Positions 37,641-47,590 of a DNA stretch of 64,000 nucleotides are shown piece after piece (within the stretch, counting starts at the first letter, position 1; each line of letters opens with the position of its first letter). Where the stretch lies: the IMG/VR virus record IMGVR_UViG_3300046782_000589; one strand, written 5' to 3'. The translations under genes were made by a program, and so were the position numbers. The notes under the pieces are model-generated. The model was not told the DNA's origin. It did no database searches and worked only from the letters and a program-made list of their open reading frames with translations. The stretch is from a virus.

Positions 37641-38426
37641 TTACGCAACGCTGAGTTCGTTCTTGCGCCTGCGGTTACGCGCAAACGCAAACAGCCCGAA
37701 GCAGCCGGCGATCAGACCGGGGATGCCTACTCCAGCAACTGGCCCTGGAACGGCCGCAGGCGTGATGAAGAACGAGTCCGGTCCGTCGTTCGTGTCGGTC
37801 ATACGCATGAAAAATGCGTACTGGTGACCATCAACAAGGCCAGCGGTCGACAGTCCGGTCAACTCAAAGTCCGGGAACCCCGTCCCGTTGTTGGGGGCCA
37901 GAAGAGAGATGCCGTCGTTGATGTTCGGCAGGAACGCATACAACACCGCGTGTGCCGTCAGATCGAGCATGAAGAAAGACTCCAGCGTCTGCGGCTGGTT
38001 GGTGTCGTTCACGTCAATACCGATGTTGAACCCGGTCCCGGTCCCGCCGTCGATGGCGGCTATGACGGTCTTCAACTGGGCACCGCTGTAGTTCACCGCA
38101 GAGATGGTGTCCGTGCCGAGGATCACGTCACGAAGGATGCCAGACGAGAAGTAGGTCTCGGAGGTCTGGTTGCCCTGGTTGCCGTAGTCGGTGTATCCAA
38201 ACCCCAGCGCCGTGTTGGTCTGGTTCGGCTGGTTCGCACCGCAGATGATGCATGGGTTGTTCTGCGGCTGGTTGCCGGGCGGCTGGGCGACGCTGAAGTC
38301 CAGCAGAGCGGCACCGGAGGTATCCCAATTCAGGCCGCCGAGCGTGCGGATGTCTGCACTGGCGGGCGTGGCAAGCACGGCAGCCAGTGCCGTGGTTGCC
38401 ACAATCGTGGCGAGGTAGCTTCTCAT
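37641..38426 (-). CDS. Secreted surface protein with PEP-CTERM-like (VPGP) sorting signal
   Basis: Signal peptide ending ASA-; C-terminal VPGPVAGVGIPGLIAGCFGLFAFA-RNRRRK (Pro motif, TM helix, basic tail). Confidence 0.75.
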   Translation of the reverse strand: MRSYLATIVATTALAAVLATPASADIRTLGGLNWDTSGAALLDFSVAQPPGNQPQNNPCIICGANQPNQTNTALGFGYTDYGNQGNQTSETYFSSGILRDVILGTDTISAVNYSGAQLKTVIAAIDGGTGTGFNIGIDVNDTNQPQTLESFFMLDLTAHAVLYAFLPNINDGISLLAPNNGTGFPDFELTGLSTAGLVDGHQYAFFMRMTDTNDGPDSFFITPAAVPGPVAGVGIPGLIAGCFGLFAFARNRRRKNELSVA

Positions 38427-38522
38427 AGGGTAGTCTCCTTGTGTTGCAACGCGACGAGTGTTCCACGCCATGTCAAGCAATGTCCAGTAAATTTACAACT
38501 CATTTTTTGGACAGGATCTCAG

Positions 38523-38921
38523 TCATCGCTTCACCCGCGCCGCGCGTTCGATAAGGTACTTTTTAGCCGCGTTCATGCACCAGTCGATATGTGCGACGGG
38601 ATCGATGAAGTCCTTCTCCATGCTGTTCGCGATCTCTAACAACAAGTCTTCTGCGTCGCTTAGATCATGGTCCTGCCGCTGTCGCAGGGCGCGCAGCCGA
38701 TCGATTTCGTCGGCGGCCTTGACGGCGTCGACATCGCGTAGTTCAGACACCAATGCCCGCAGGTCCAGGATATCCCCGCGCAGCCGCTCGATCTCCCGCA
38801 CGTCGAGCGCGCGCAGCGCCCGGCAAGTTGCCAGTGCTTCCTGCAGCCGCTCGATCTCGTCCATGAGCGCAGCACGCTGGTGCAGCGAGGCGTTGGCGAG
38901 CTTCTCGGGGTCGCCAGTCAC
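38523..38921 (-). CDS. Hypothetical coiled-coil protein
   Basis: Repeated DEIERL/REIERL/DEIDRL helices; probable GTG start. Confidence 0.55.
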   Translation of the reverse strand: MTGDPEKLANASLHQRAALMDEIERLQEALATCRALRALDVREIERLRGDILDLRALVSELRDVDAVKAADEIDRLRALRQRQDHDLSDAEDLLLEIANSMEKDFIDPVAHIDWCMNAAKKYLIERAARVKR

Positions 38922-39051
38922 TGGACGCTCCAGTCGCTGGCGATCGTCGCGACCACGGCGAGAACGATCACGAGCAGCACGACCAGCAGCACTGCCATTG
39001 TGTGGGGCGGGCGCGTGTCCCACAGGGAGAGCAGCCGCTCCCCGATACGGT

Positions 39052-39387
39052 TCATGGCTCCCTCCGCAGCGCGGTGCGGGCGACGACCAGCACCTGCATG
39101 GCGAGGTTGGGCTGGCCATCGTCAACGTCGGCATAGCCGTCGACCAGCTCCTCGATGTCGGTCAAGGCATCACGCAGCCGGCCAAGCTCGTTGACCTGGT
39201 CGCGGATGGTGTCGAGCATGGGTGACAGCTTGAGCGGCATCGGGAGCACCTTGGCTGATGGTTGCGGATGAATAGAGTTCTTGTAGTGGAGAAAGTCGTC
39301 CCACAGGACGTCGAACCACTCGCGCGTGAGCGTCGGGGCGGCCTCCCGGCACACCTCCCACCACTGGTCCTTGCTGAACGACGCCAT
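39052..39387 (-). CDS. Hypothetical protein
   Basis: GGAGG RBS before MASFSKDQWW. Confidence 0.55.
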   Translation of the reverse strand: MASFSKDQWWEVCREAAPTLTREWFDVLWDDFLHYKNSIHPQPSAKVLPMPLKLSPMLDTIRDQVNELGRLRDALTDIEELVDGYADVDDGQPNLAMQVLVVARTALRREP

Positions 39388-39517
39388 TGTCCCCTCCAGA
39401 CGGGTGCCACGATCCACGCCAGTGTCGCAGCACCCGTCCTCTCATCCCCGGTCAGGACAACGGGGGGCAGGTCGACCGGATGAGAAGCCGCATGATGGCA
39501 CAGTTGTAAATTAACAT

Positions 39518-40099
39518 CTAGCCCCACTGTTCGGCCATCGCCCGCGCGATGCCCGGATAGGTCAGGCTGCGCCTCGCCTCGCGATCGGGCGAGGGCGGCA
39601 TCAGCCAGACGTCCTGCCGGATGCTGGCGTAGTCGCACTTGCGCTTCTCGGGAACGAGCGGCGGCAGGCCGGTGAGCCACAGCCCGGTCGCCTTGGCGTA
39701 GGGGTCGCCGAACATCCACGGCTGCACGTACTGCGTCGCCCGGCGCCCGACGATCTCCAGCGCGTGGCGGTGCATGATCGGGTTCTCGACGCAGCGGCGC
39801 GGGATGTGGTCGGCGCGCTCGAACGCGAGGAAGAACGCCGCCGCCTCGCGCATCAGCGCCCAGCGCTCCGGCCGCTCGTGCAGCCAGCGCACCCCGGCGT
39901 TGGTCAGGTAGCGGCAGACCGGATGGGCGACCAGCATGTCCCACGGCAGGTCGAGCACCTTGGCGACGTCGCCACGGATATGGTGGCGCGAGCCGTCGCT
40001 GGCGGGCAGGAGGTCGCACGACCATGCGGCATGGCCGCGCGCGCGGAACGCGCGGCGCACGGCACCGGAGTGCTCGCACGCCACCAGCACCTTCATCAT
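39518..40099 (-). CDS. Putative phage DNA cytosine methyltransferase
   Basis: MKVLVACEHSG...SCDL...WDMLVAHPVCRYL pattern (motif I and PxC-like catalytic motif). Confidence 0.7.
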   Translation of the reverse strand: MMKVLVACEHSGAVRRAFRARGHAAWSCDLLPASDGSRHHIRGDVAKVLDLPWDMLVAHPVCRYLTNAGVRWLHERPERWALMREAAAFFLAFERADHIPRRCVENPIMHRHALEIVGRRATQYVQPWMFGDPYAKATGLWLTGLPPLVPEKRKCDYASIRQDVWLMPPSPDREARRSLTYPGIARAMAEQWG

Positions 40100-40323
40100 C
40101 CGACGTCCTCGGGTTCGAGCTGGTTGCGGTGGATGGTGCGGATCAGCTTGGCGACGCTGTCGGGGATATTGCTGTCGCCGTTGCGGTAGCGCTCGCCCTG
40201 CCGCCACGAGACGCCGATCAGCCGCGCGAACGCGACCGGCGACATGGCGTAGCGCGCCATTGCCTGGTTGTACTCCTTGGCGGCCATCAGCCGGTAGGCG
40301 GCCTTCCTGGATGTGGTGATCAT
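40096..40323 (-). CDS. XRE/Cro-like HTH protein
   Basis: MSPVAFARLIGVSWRQGERYRNGDSNIP. Confidence 0.7.
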   Translation of the reverse strand: MITTSRKAAYRLMAAKEYNQAMARYAMSPVAFARLIGVSWRQGERYRNGDSNIPDSVAKLIRTIHRNQLEPEDVG

Positions 40324-41651
40324 GGTTCGCTCCCAAGGGTGAAAGTGGCCATGAAGCCGCCGCCGGCGGCTACGAGGTCGGTGACGTGCTGGCACTCCTC
40401 GCACTGGCCGGCACGGTGGAAGATGTTGGCGGAGCAGATGGTCTGGCGCGCGCCGCAGCCGGCACAGGTGAACTTCTGGAACACGGTCGCGCCCTTGCCG
40501 ATCGCGGCTTGGGCCTGCCTGAGCAGGTCGTCCCACGGGATGTCGAGCGGCTTGCTCATGTGATGTCCCTCATCTTCCGATACAGCGTCAGCACGACGAC
40601 GGCGACCAGACCATAGGCGATAGCCGGTCCCAGCACGTACATGCCGAACGCGCGCATCGCGGCCTCGATCAGGTCAGCGATCGCCATCGCGCTTGTCCTC
40701 CAGATTGTTTTCCTTCAGGCGAGCGGCCAGCTTGAGCATGGCGTCGGTGATGCTGATGAACCGGTCGGCAAAGTCCTCCGACAGCAGCCCCATGTCGTTT
40801 TCGCTCATGCGCTGCATGTCGTAGGCCATCGCATCGAACCGGCGCACGAGCGCGCGACGGTAAAGTTGCTCATCGTTCATCGCGCTTGTCCTCCAGCCGA
40901 TAGTCGATGTGGCGCTGGTACTCGGCCTCCAGCGCCTCGGCGTGCTTGGCGACGAGGAACTCGTCGACACAGTGCTGGATCTCGATGGCAAGCTCGTCGC
41001 AGTTGGTCTTGCTGGCAAGGCGCTCGCCCTCAAGGTACAGTTCGGCAAGCTCGTAGCAACGCGGGTCATAGGTCGCGGTGCGCTTAGCGGCAAGCAGGTC
41101 GGCAGCACGTTTGCCTGCAGCCAACTCCTCCTCGTAAAACAGATTGCTCTCGCTGGTCATATCCATCTCCCGTGTTTGGTGTCCCAGGTCAGGCCGTCGG
41201 CGAACGCCTTGCGGTCACGCTGGCGCGCGAGCATCTTGGCCACGCGCCCACGCGCCTTGACCTTTTTGGCCGCGCGGCGCTCGTCCTCGGTCGCGCGCCA
41301 CTTCTCCTGCTCCTGCTCCTGCACGGCAGTGGGCAGCGGCCGCCACGGCGCGCGCACCTCGCCCTTGTGGCGACGGAGGAACTCGGGCAGTTCAAGATCG
41401 TCGTCGCTCACAGGCCACCTGCCTTCGGCACGATCACGCCGATCGCGCCTTCAAGCGTCGCCCAGCGCTTGGCCAACGGCACGTCCTGCCAATTGACCGC
41501 AATGTGATCGGCCTTATCGCCGCATATCTCCGCGATCGCCATCAGCACGGCATCGATGCCGGCAGCGTCGATATAAGACTCGATGCGCTCGCGTTCGTCC
41601 TTGTCGAGATCACGTCCCATAACCACAGTTCTCCGGTTTGTTGATTTGTGC

Positions 41652-41680
41652 ATTATGACATATTGTCATGGTGAAGTCAA
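41652..41680 (-). promoter_or_regulatory. Sigma70-type leftward promoter with a palindromic operator in its spacer
   Basis: Minus strand TTGACT-N17-CATAAT; ATGACA-TAT-TGTCAT at 41655-41669 overlaps the spacer and -10. Confidence 0.75.
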
Positions 41681-43215
41681 GATCTAAATTTACATGTTAC
41701 TCCAGCGCGACCGGCGACTCGTCGTCCCAGGAGTGGCCGTCGTTCATCGGGTTGAACTGCACGCAGCCGCTCCACTCCTTCAGCTCCCTTGTGACCTCGG
41801 CGTTGTCGGTCAGCAGGTAGATGCAGCCGTCCTTGGCGTCAGCAAGGTGGTTGTCGGTCACGACGGCTCTCGTGCCGGCCGGCACGATGCAGTAGGGGTA
41901 GATGTCCCAGTCGCCGGGGAACACCAGCATGGTGCCCCACGGCACCTCGCGCAGTTGCGCCCATGTCAGGGTCATGCCGGCACCTTCAGCAGCGCGCGGT
42001 CGCGATAGCATGCGTTGAGCAGGACCAGCCGCACCTCGGCGCCCTGCATCATCTCCCTGACCTGTGCCTCCGGGTACATGCGCCTGTGGCGCATCAGGCC
42101 CGCGAGCAGCGCGGCCTGCGCTTGGCTCTCGCTCTCGCCATAGGCCTCGAACGAGAAGTGGCGCGTGTCGAGCGTGGCGACGTAGACCTGCATGTCACTT
42201 CCTCCCCAGTGCCGGCATTGCGATCTCCCACGCCTTGTTCCACAGCGTCACGTCGGCATCGTCGTCGATGTCAGGCGCGCGCCGCGCGACTTCGCGGAAC
42301 GCCGCGTCCATGGCCATGTTGGCATCGCAGTAGTCGTGGCTGTGGCAGACGTGCGCGTTGTGCTCCGCTTCGTTGCGGATGCACATGTCGAGCCACTCGG
42401 TCTGCGTCAGCCAGTCGCGCAGGACGGCAACGAACCGCTCCGCGAGGATGTCGGCAGCGTTGTCGGGCAGCGGCTTGTCCTCGCGTTCGCGCACGATCTG
42501 CGTGGCGTAGCCCCAGCCCAGCGAGTATAGCTCCTGCCCCTGCGGGCCAAGCGGATCGCACGGGTTGATGCCCATCAGGTCTTCGACCTCGTCGCCGACA
42601 GCCAAGACATCGATGGCGCTGGCGTACATCCAATCACGGATGCGCTCGCGTTCGGCAGCGGTCACCGCCACGTTGTCGAACCCGTTCCACGTCGAGCCGT
42701 GGGCGAAGCCGTCGAATTCCGGGCTGTCGTCAAAAGTAAACTTGCACGGTTGCATGGTCGTCCTCCTCGTGGGTGTCATACGGCATGCCACAGGCCTCCA
42801 GCCACTCAAGGTCGCCGAGCGAGCGGATGCGGCGCATCAGCGCGTCGTACAGCATGCCGGGCGTGACATCGTCGCCGCTCTCGTGCTGGCTGTAGACCTC
42901 GAACGCGATGCTGTAGGCGTGATTGTAGGTGACCATGTCACGCCCCCTTCTGGTCGTCGGGCTGCCAGTTGAAATAGCGGCGCGGGCTATGGGTGAATTC
43001 GAGCGAGCCGTTGCGGCCGTCAGCCTTGCGCCGCACGATCACGAACGGCGCGAGGAAGGCGAGCACGGTGTACTGCGCGGACATCTCGTCGGTCGTCATA
43101 AGGTCGACCGCCTGCGCGGCATCGCTTAGCGGTTGATCGGTTTCGAGCATCTCGCGGCGTATCGACTCGGTAGGATCGTGGGGCATGGTGTTCTCCGGTT
43201 GCTGGTATTGCTGAT

Positions 43216-43247
43216 ATGACAGATCGTCATGCACTTGTAAATTTAAA
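43216..43247 (-). promoter_or_regulatory. Leftward promoter with operator
   Basis: Minus strand TTTACA-N17-CATATC; operator ATGACA-GAT-CGTCAT. Confidence 0.55.
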
Positions 43248-44859
43248 TCTTACAGGGGAGCTAGAACGCCCACATCAGCAGCAGGGCCAACGCCAGTATG
43301 CCGACGGACGCGAGCATGGTGCAGACGTCCTCGGCCATGCTGGCGCATGGCGGCTCCGCGTTGATCATCGCGTGCAACAGGTTCTCCGGCTCACTGGGAG
43401 TCATGCTCGACTCCCAGGTAGAACCATACGGCCCATGCGACGCAGAGCGCGTAAAAGGCGATCGGCACGTATTGCATCACGGCACCCGCAGCGGTTCGGG
43501 GTTGTGCCAGTCGCCACCGTCGATGCGGATCACGCCGCGCATGCGGCGCACCTTGTCGCTGGCGGCCTGCAGCGCCGCGTCGGGGCTGTCGGCCTCGATC
43601 GCCACGTCCTTGGCGTTGCAGCCGCTGTTGGTGCGGTAATAGACGCGAACAAGATAGATCATGGTCACTCCTCCCCGCACTCGTGGCCGCCGTTGCCGTG
43701 CTCGCAGGCCCACACGAGCAGGCGCGCGTAGTCGTCGGCACGCGATGCGAGCGCAAGCGCGAGCAGCACGTTGGCGGTGATCAGCATGGCCAGAATGGTG
43801 CGGGTCATCACCACACCCCCAGCGCTTCAAGCGCCTCGCGGTCGCGCTGCGCCATGATGCGATATGCTGCCGGCAGCGCGTCGAAATGCGCCATCACCTC
43901 GTGATAAATTGCCTTCTGCCCTGCGCCCATAAAGAGCGCAGCGGCAACAGAGGCCTTGTAGACGTTGCACGACATCATGGCACCTTGCCACGCTGCAGCG
44001 GCATCGGTGCGACTGTCAGGGCAGCGCGCGAGCAATTGCCCGCGATGCGGCCCGCGCTTGGCATAGGCACCCATTAAGGCAAGTTTTGCGGCGTTTGAAA
44101 GCATTGGTCAGACTCCTTGTTCCAAATAATCAATGACACCGTACACAACGTCGAACAGTTCCTCCTCGCTGATCAGGTCTTCGCTGCTTGCGTCCAACGC
44201 AACACGCAACAGCCGTGCTGCGCTCGCGTTGGACTTGGCCAACGCGAATTGCTCGCGCGCCGTGAGATAGGCGCGCGCCGCGCCAATGGTGTATTCGTCA
44301 ACATGGTTTATTGGGTAGTGCATGGTCAGACTCCTGTTGAATCAATTCGCCCAAGCGCAAGGCCTCGCATTCAGCCTCTGCGCGACTGTGTCGCCATGCC
44401 ACGCACGGCCACACATTGCCGCAAGACGTGCGTTGCAATTCACGAATTGCAAAATAGTCCGCATGGCGATTCGATTCGTCCGTGATCCTGAATTGACGTT
44501 TCATTGGTCAGACTCCTTCGATCGTTACGAGATTGTGCGACCAAGTCACAACGACTTGGCCCGTGGGGAAGTGCGCCGCGACGGCACGGCCCGTGATGTC
44601 GAGTATCGGCCGCGCGGGCGATCCGGCGATGGTGGAACGGTCGCTGCGCGCCAGTGCGTCAAATGCGGCTTGATCGATCGGGCGAATGACCAGCCGATTG
44701 GGCGACCATGCGCGCGTGCACGGCATGCCGTGGCTGAAACCGTGGTCCAGAAGGCGCTTGCCTTCCAGCCATATGCGGGTGCCGTTGCCTGCGCGCGATG
44801 TGCAGACTGTGTGAAGCTTGGTATTGGGCGCGAGCATGGTGGTTCCTCTTGTGTGTGGC

Positions 44860-44902
44860 CATGCATGACAGATTGTCATGCATGGCGCAAGATGTAAATT
44901 TA
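44860..44902 (-). promoter_or_regulatory. Leftward promoter/operator with extended palindrome
   Basis: CATGCATGACA-GAT-TGTCATGCATG plus TGTAAATTTA, in the same spacing as at 41.67 kb. Confidence 0.6.
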
Positions 44903-45622
44903 GTGCTTGTGATACGTAGTGTGACTGACAGTCGGCAGCCAGCATGCACGGCATGCGCCGCAATGGCCCTGCTGCTCGGGAGCAGGGCAACGGTGCGCAT
45001 GCGACGGCGCTGGAGCGTGATCGCACAACGGGGAAAAATGGTTCCACGTTGTGTGGACGCCCGACGTTGTGGGCCATTGGCGCGTTGCCTGCCCGTCAAC
45101 CATCGTGGCGCTAACGCGGATCACAAGGTTTGTCGGCACGATGCCACCCTTGCGTACATAGGCCAGCACGATGGACAACTCGCGAGTCGGCAGCCAATGC
45201 TTCACATTGGGAGTCAGGGTCGCGACAACGCAAATTTTTGCGAGGTGCGATTCGCTCTGCAGATCGCCCGAGTCGTGCCAGCGATGCCAGCCTAGATCGA
45301 TCGGATCGCCCTTGCGATTAACGCCAGTTTCCTGACAGTGGAGAATCAGCTTCGCCATTGCGATGGGCCATGCCGGATGCGCGATGCCAGCGAGGCGCGT
45401 TGCGTGCGCGGACTGCACGGACGGGTAAAGATAATTGCCCTTTAGTGCGTAGCAATCGTGGCAAGTGCTACCTTCGATCTGTGCAAGCTTCGCTCCGGTA
45501 ATGCATGCCTTGGCGGAAATGCCATAGGACGTTCCCGGCATTTTAGAAGGGAATCCAAGCGTACCGGCAATTTCGGTTGCGGCTTTCAGGGTCATAGAGT
45601 CAAGCATTTGATCATTTTCCAT
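44900..45622 (-). CDS. GP88-like phage protein
   Basis: SKMPGTSYGI...C...C..CYALKGNY...RWHDSGD pattern. Confidence 0.75.
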   Translation of the reverse strand: MENDQMLDSMTLKAATEIAGTLGFPSKMPGTSYGISAKACITGAKLAQIEGSTCHDCYALKGNYLYPSVQSAHATRLAGIAHPAWPIAMAKLILHCQETGVNRKGDPIDLGWHRWHDSGDLQSESHLAKICVVATLTPNVKHWLPTRELSIVLAYVRKGGIVPTNLVIRVSATMVDGQATRQWPTTSGVHTTWNHFSPLCDHAPAPSHAHRCPAPEQQGHCGACRACWLPTVSHTTYHKH

Positions 45623-45698
45623 CGTGTTGTGGCCTTTTTGGCCATTGGGCAGGATCGCCGCTCATGCCGTGGCCAGCGCGCCACGGCATGCGCTGCAA

Positions 45699-46103
45699 TC
45701 AAATGCCTCCGTGCGTATCGCGGCGTTTTGCGCCGTAGAATCCCGCGACCCATGCCTCGTTATCGGCACCGTGCCACCCGCATGTTCGCGCATGAGACGC
45801 GAGCGCTTCCTTCGTGGCATCGTGCGGACGATTCATGCGCCAATAGGCCATGCCCGCTCGATGGGCCTGAATCATCGTTTGTTCGTTGGTCTCGCGCAGT
45901 CCCGCGTCCAGATTCTTCATTGTTCAGATTCCTTTGTGTTTGGATTCGTGATTGATCAGGGTCTCGCGCGCGCCAGCCGTCTCGCCGTTGCGCATGTCTT
46001 GCGCGCGGTAGCAGGGCCAGCATGCGACTAGGCCAATGTCCTTTTGGCGACTGCAGAAAGGGCAGTAGCGAGACTTGCGAATGTTGGGGTAGTCGATTTG
46101 CAT
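45699..46103 (-). other. Two small early genes (45699-45920 and 45924-46103, the second with CxxC motifs)
   Basis: ORFs with RBSs directly after the control region. Confidence 0.55.
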
Positions 46104-46199
46104 GGAATTTCCTTTCGCGTTGACGGCATGCGCCGAACGCATAAAGGCCTAGCGTCCTTTTTGGCCAAAAGCAAGCGCTAAATTTACATCTGGCAAAAT

Positions 46200-47050
46200 A
46201 CCAGGTTTTTCATAGGCTTAAGGCAAATGTGAGATTCTCACTAGTTCACTAGTTGGCGATTTCCACGGAAGAGAGTGCAGATTCGTGCGTTCGCCATAAT
46301 TGGGCGTGGCCAAAACGGACTTCACTAGTTCTGTAGTAAGAAAAAGCTAATTATATTAATGGGTTATAAAATATATATAAGGGATTTTTTTAATTCGGGC
46401 TGCAGATCAGCGCGAATTAATTGTCCGCGATAAATAGGTATAAACCGTGAACAAGCAACACGTGATTCTAGCCTCTCTTCCGTGGGAATCCACAACTAGT
46501 GAACTAGTGAAGACGATTTTGTCTAGGGCCCGTAAGCGATTCTCACTATCCGTCTAAAAATCTCACTAGTAACTAGTGAAAATGTCATACAACTAGTGAG
46601 ATTTGACAATTTGTCATTGTTCGTTTTGGCCGCTTGGATCTGGCGGACTATTGTCCTAACCGGACAATATGTCATGCTAACGCATGACAGATTGTCAACG
46701 GACAAACCGTAGCAATATCAACGAGTTGGTTGCTGTTACGCCGTGCGCTTTTGGGCCATTGGGACCGTCGTCGTGGTGTCACAGCACCACCGCGCGCCCC
46801 CACCTACCCCCATGCTGTCCAGGCCTAGCCTAGTCGGCGTGTACCGTCCCTTGCAACCGGAATTACCTACGAGAACGCATAGCTTTTCAACTAGAAATTA
46901 TGTTCAACTGCAACGGGTAAACTCAGGGTTTTATTTCTTGCAACGGATAAATATCCGTTGCAAGTAAATACTATATTACCTCTATATAGATTTTAGCCGT
47001 TGCAAGTTTGATTTTACCCGTTGCAATTTTATTTTATCCGTTGCATACTC
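46200..47050. promoter_or_regulatory. AT-rich non-coding control region, probable origin and divergent promoter zone
   Basis: No credible ORF; AT run at 46330-46400; 8 TCACTAGT/ACTAGTGA copies; 3 TGACA-N3-TGTCA operators; 6 CCGTTGCA repeats. Confidence 0.7.
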
Positions 47051-47076
47051 TAGCTCCCACCCAATACGAGGATACC

Positions 47077-47424
47077 ATGAAACCCTGGAAACCGTGTGAA
47101 CAATGCAAGACCCCCTTCCAGCCGAAGCGTGCAGATGCCCGATTTTGTGGCGACCCCTGCCGGCTGGCAAACCACCGTGGTGTACCCGCGGTGCCGTTCG
47201 ACCAGGAGGACGCCCAGCTCATCCTCGACGTGATCGCCTCCACGCTCAAGTTTCAACGGGCGGAAACTGACCCGAGCAGGATGCAGTCCTACATCAATGT
47301 CGTCAACGCCGAGAAGAAGCACTACTACGATATCCTCGCGGAGGCGATCGCCAGCATGGCCAAAAAGTCAGGGTCAAAAACCAGGCCGGACGACGACCAG
47401 TTACCCCCCCTGCCGTCAGCTTGA
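47077..47424 (+). CDS. Zinc-finger protein (CxxC...CxxxC)
   Basis: GAGGA RBS; PCEQCKTPFQPKRADARFCGDPCR. Confidence 0.7.
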   Translation: MKPWKPCEQCKTPFQPKRADARFCGDPCRLANHRGVPAVPFDQEDAQLILDVIASTLKFQRAETDPSRMQSYINVVNAEKKHYYDILAEAIASMAKKSGSKTRPDDDQLPPLPSA

Positions 47425-47508
47425 CTTCCCTCCTCTCATGCCGCACACCTCTCCCGTCCGGCTCGTACTCCGGTTGCCGGACTGATCATACCCATCGCGA
47501 CCACTACG

Positions 47509-47533
47509 GCCGGCGCCTCCCGCCGGCTTTTTT
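47509..47533 (+). terminator. Intrinsic terminator
   Basis: GCCGGCG-CCTCC-CGCCGGC-TTTTTT. Confidence 0.8.
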
Positions 47534-47590
47534 CTTCCGCTCGCATGGTGTAGTTACATCTTCGTGCCAGACTCACTACCAGTAGATCCC

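Larger units (their letters stand above)
40320..44837 (-). other. Cluster of about 15 small leftward early genes of unknown function
   Basis: Tightly packed ORFs with AGGAG/GGAGG RBSs, e.g. 40320-40559, 41157-41411, 41408-41620, 41697-41975, 41972-42193, 42195-42755, 42730-42936, 42938-43186, 43808-44104, 44108-44323, 44298-44504, 44508-44837. Confidence 0.65.

Noticed and set aside
43232-43246. Contiguous match of the first NN units of array B (TTACAAGTG) to an early promoter
   Set aside because: A 9-nt match that does not extend; expected by chance.
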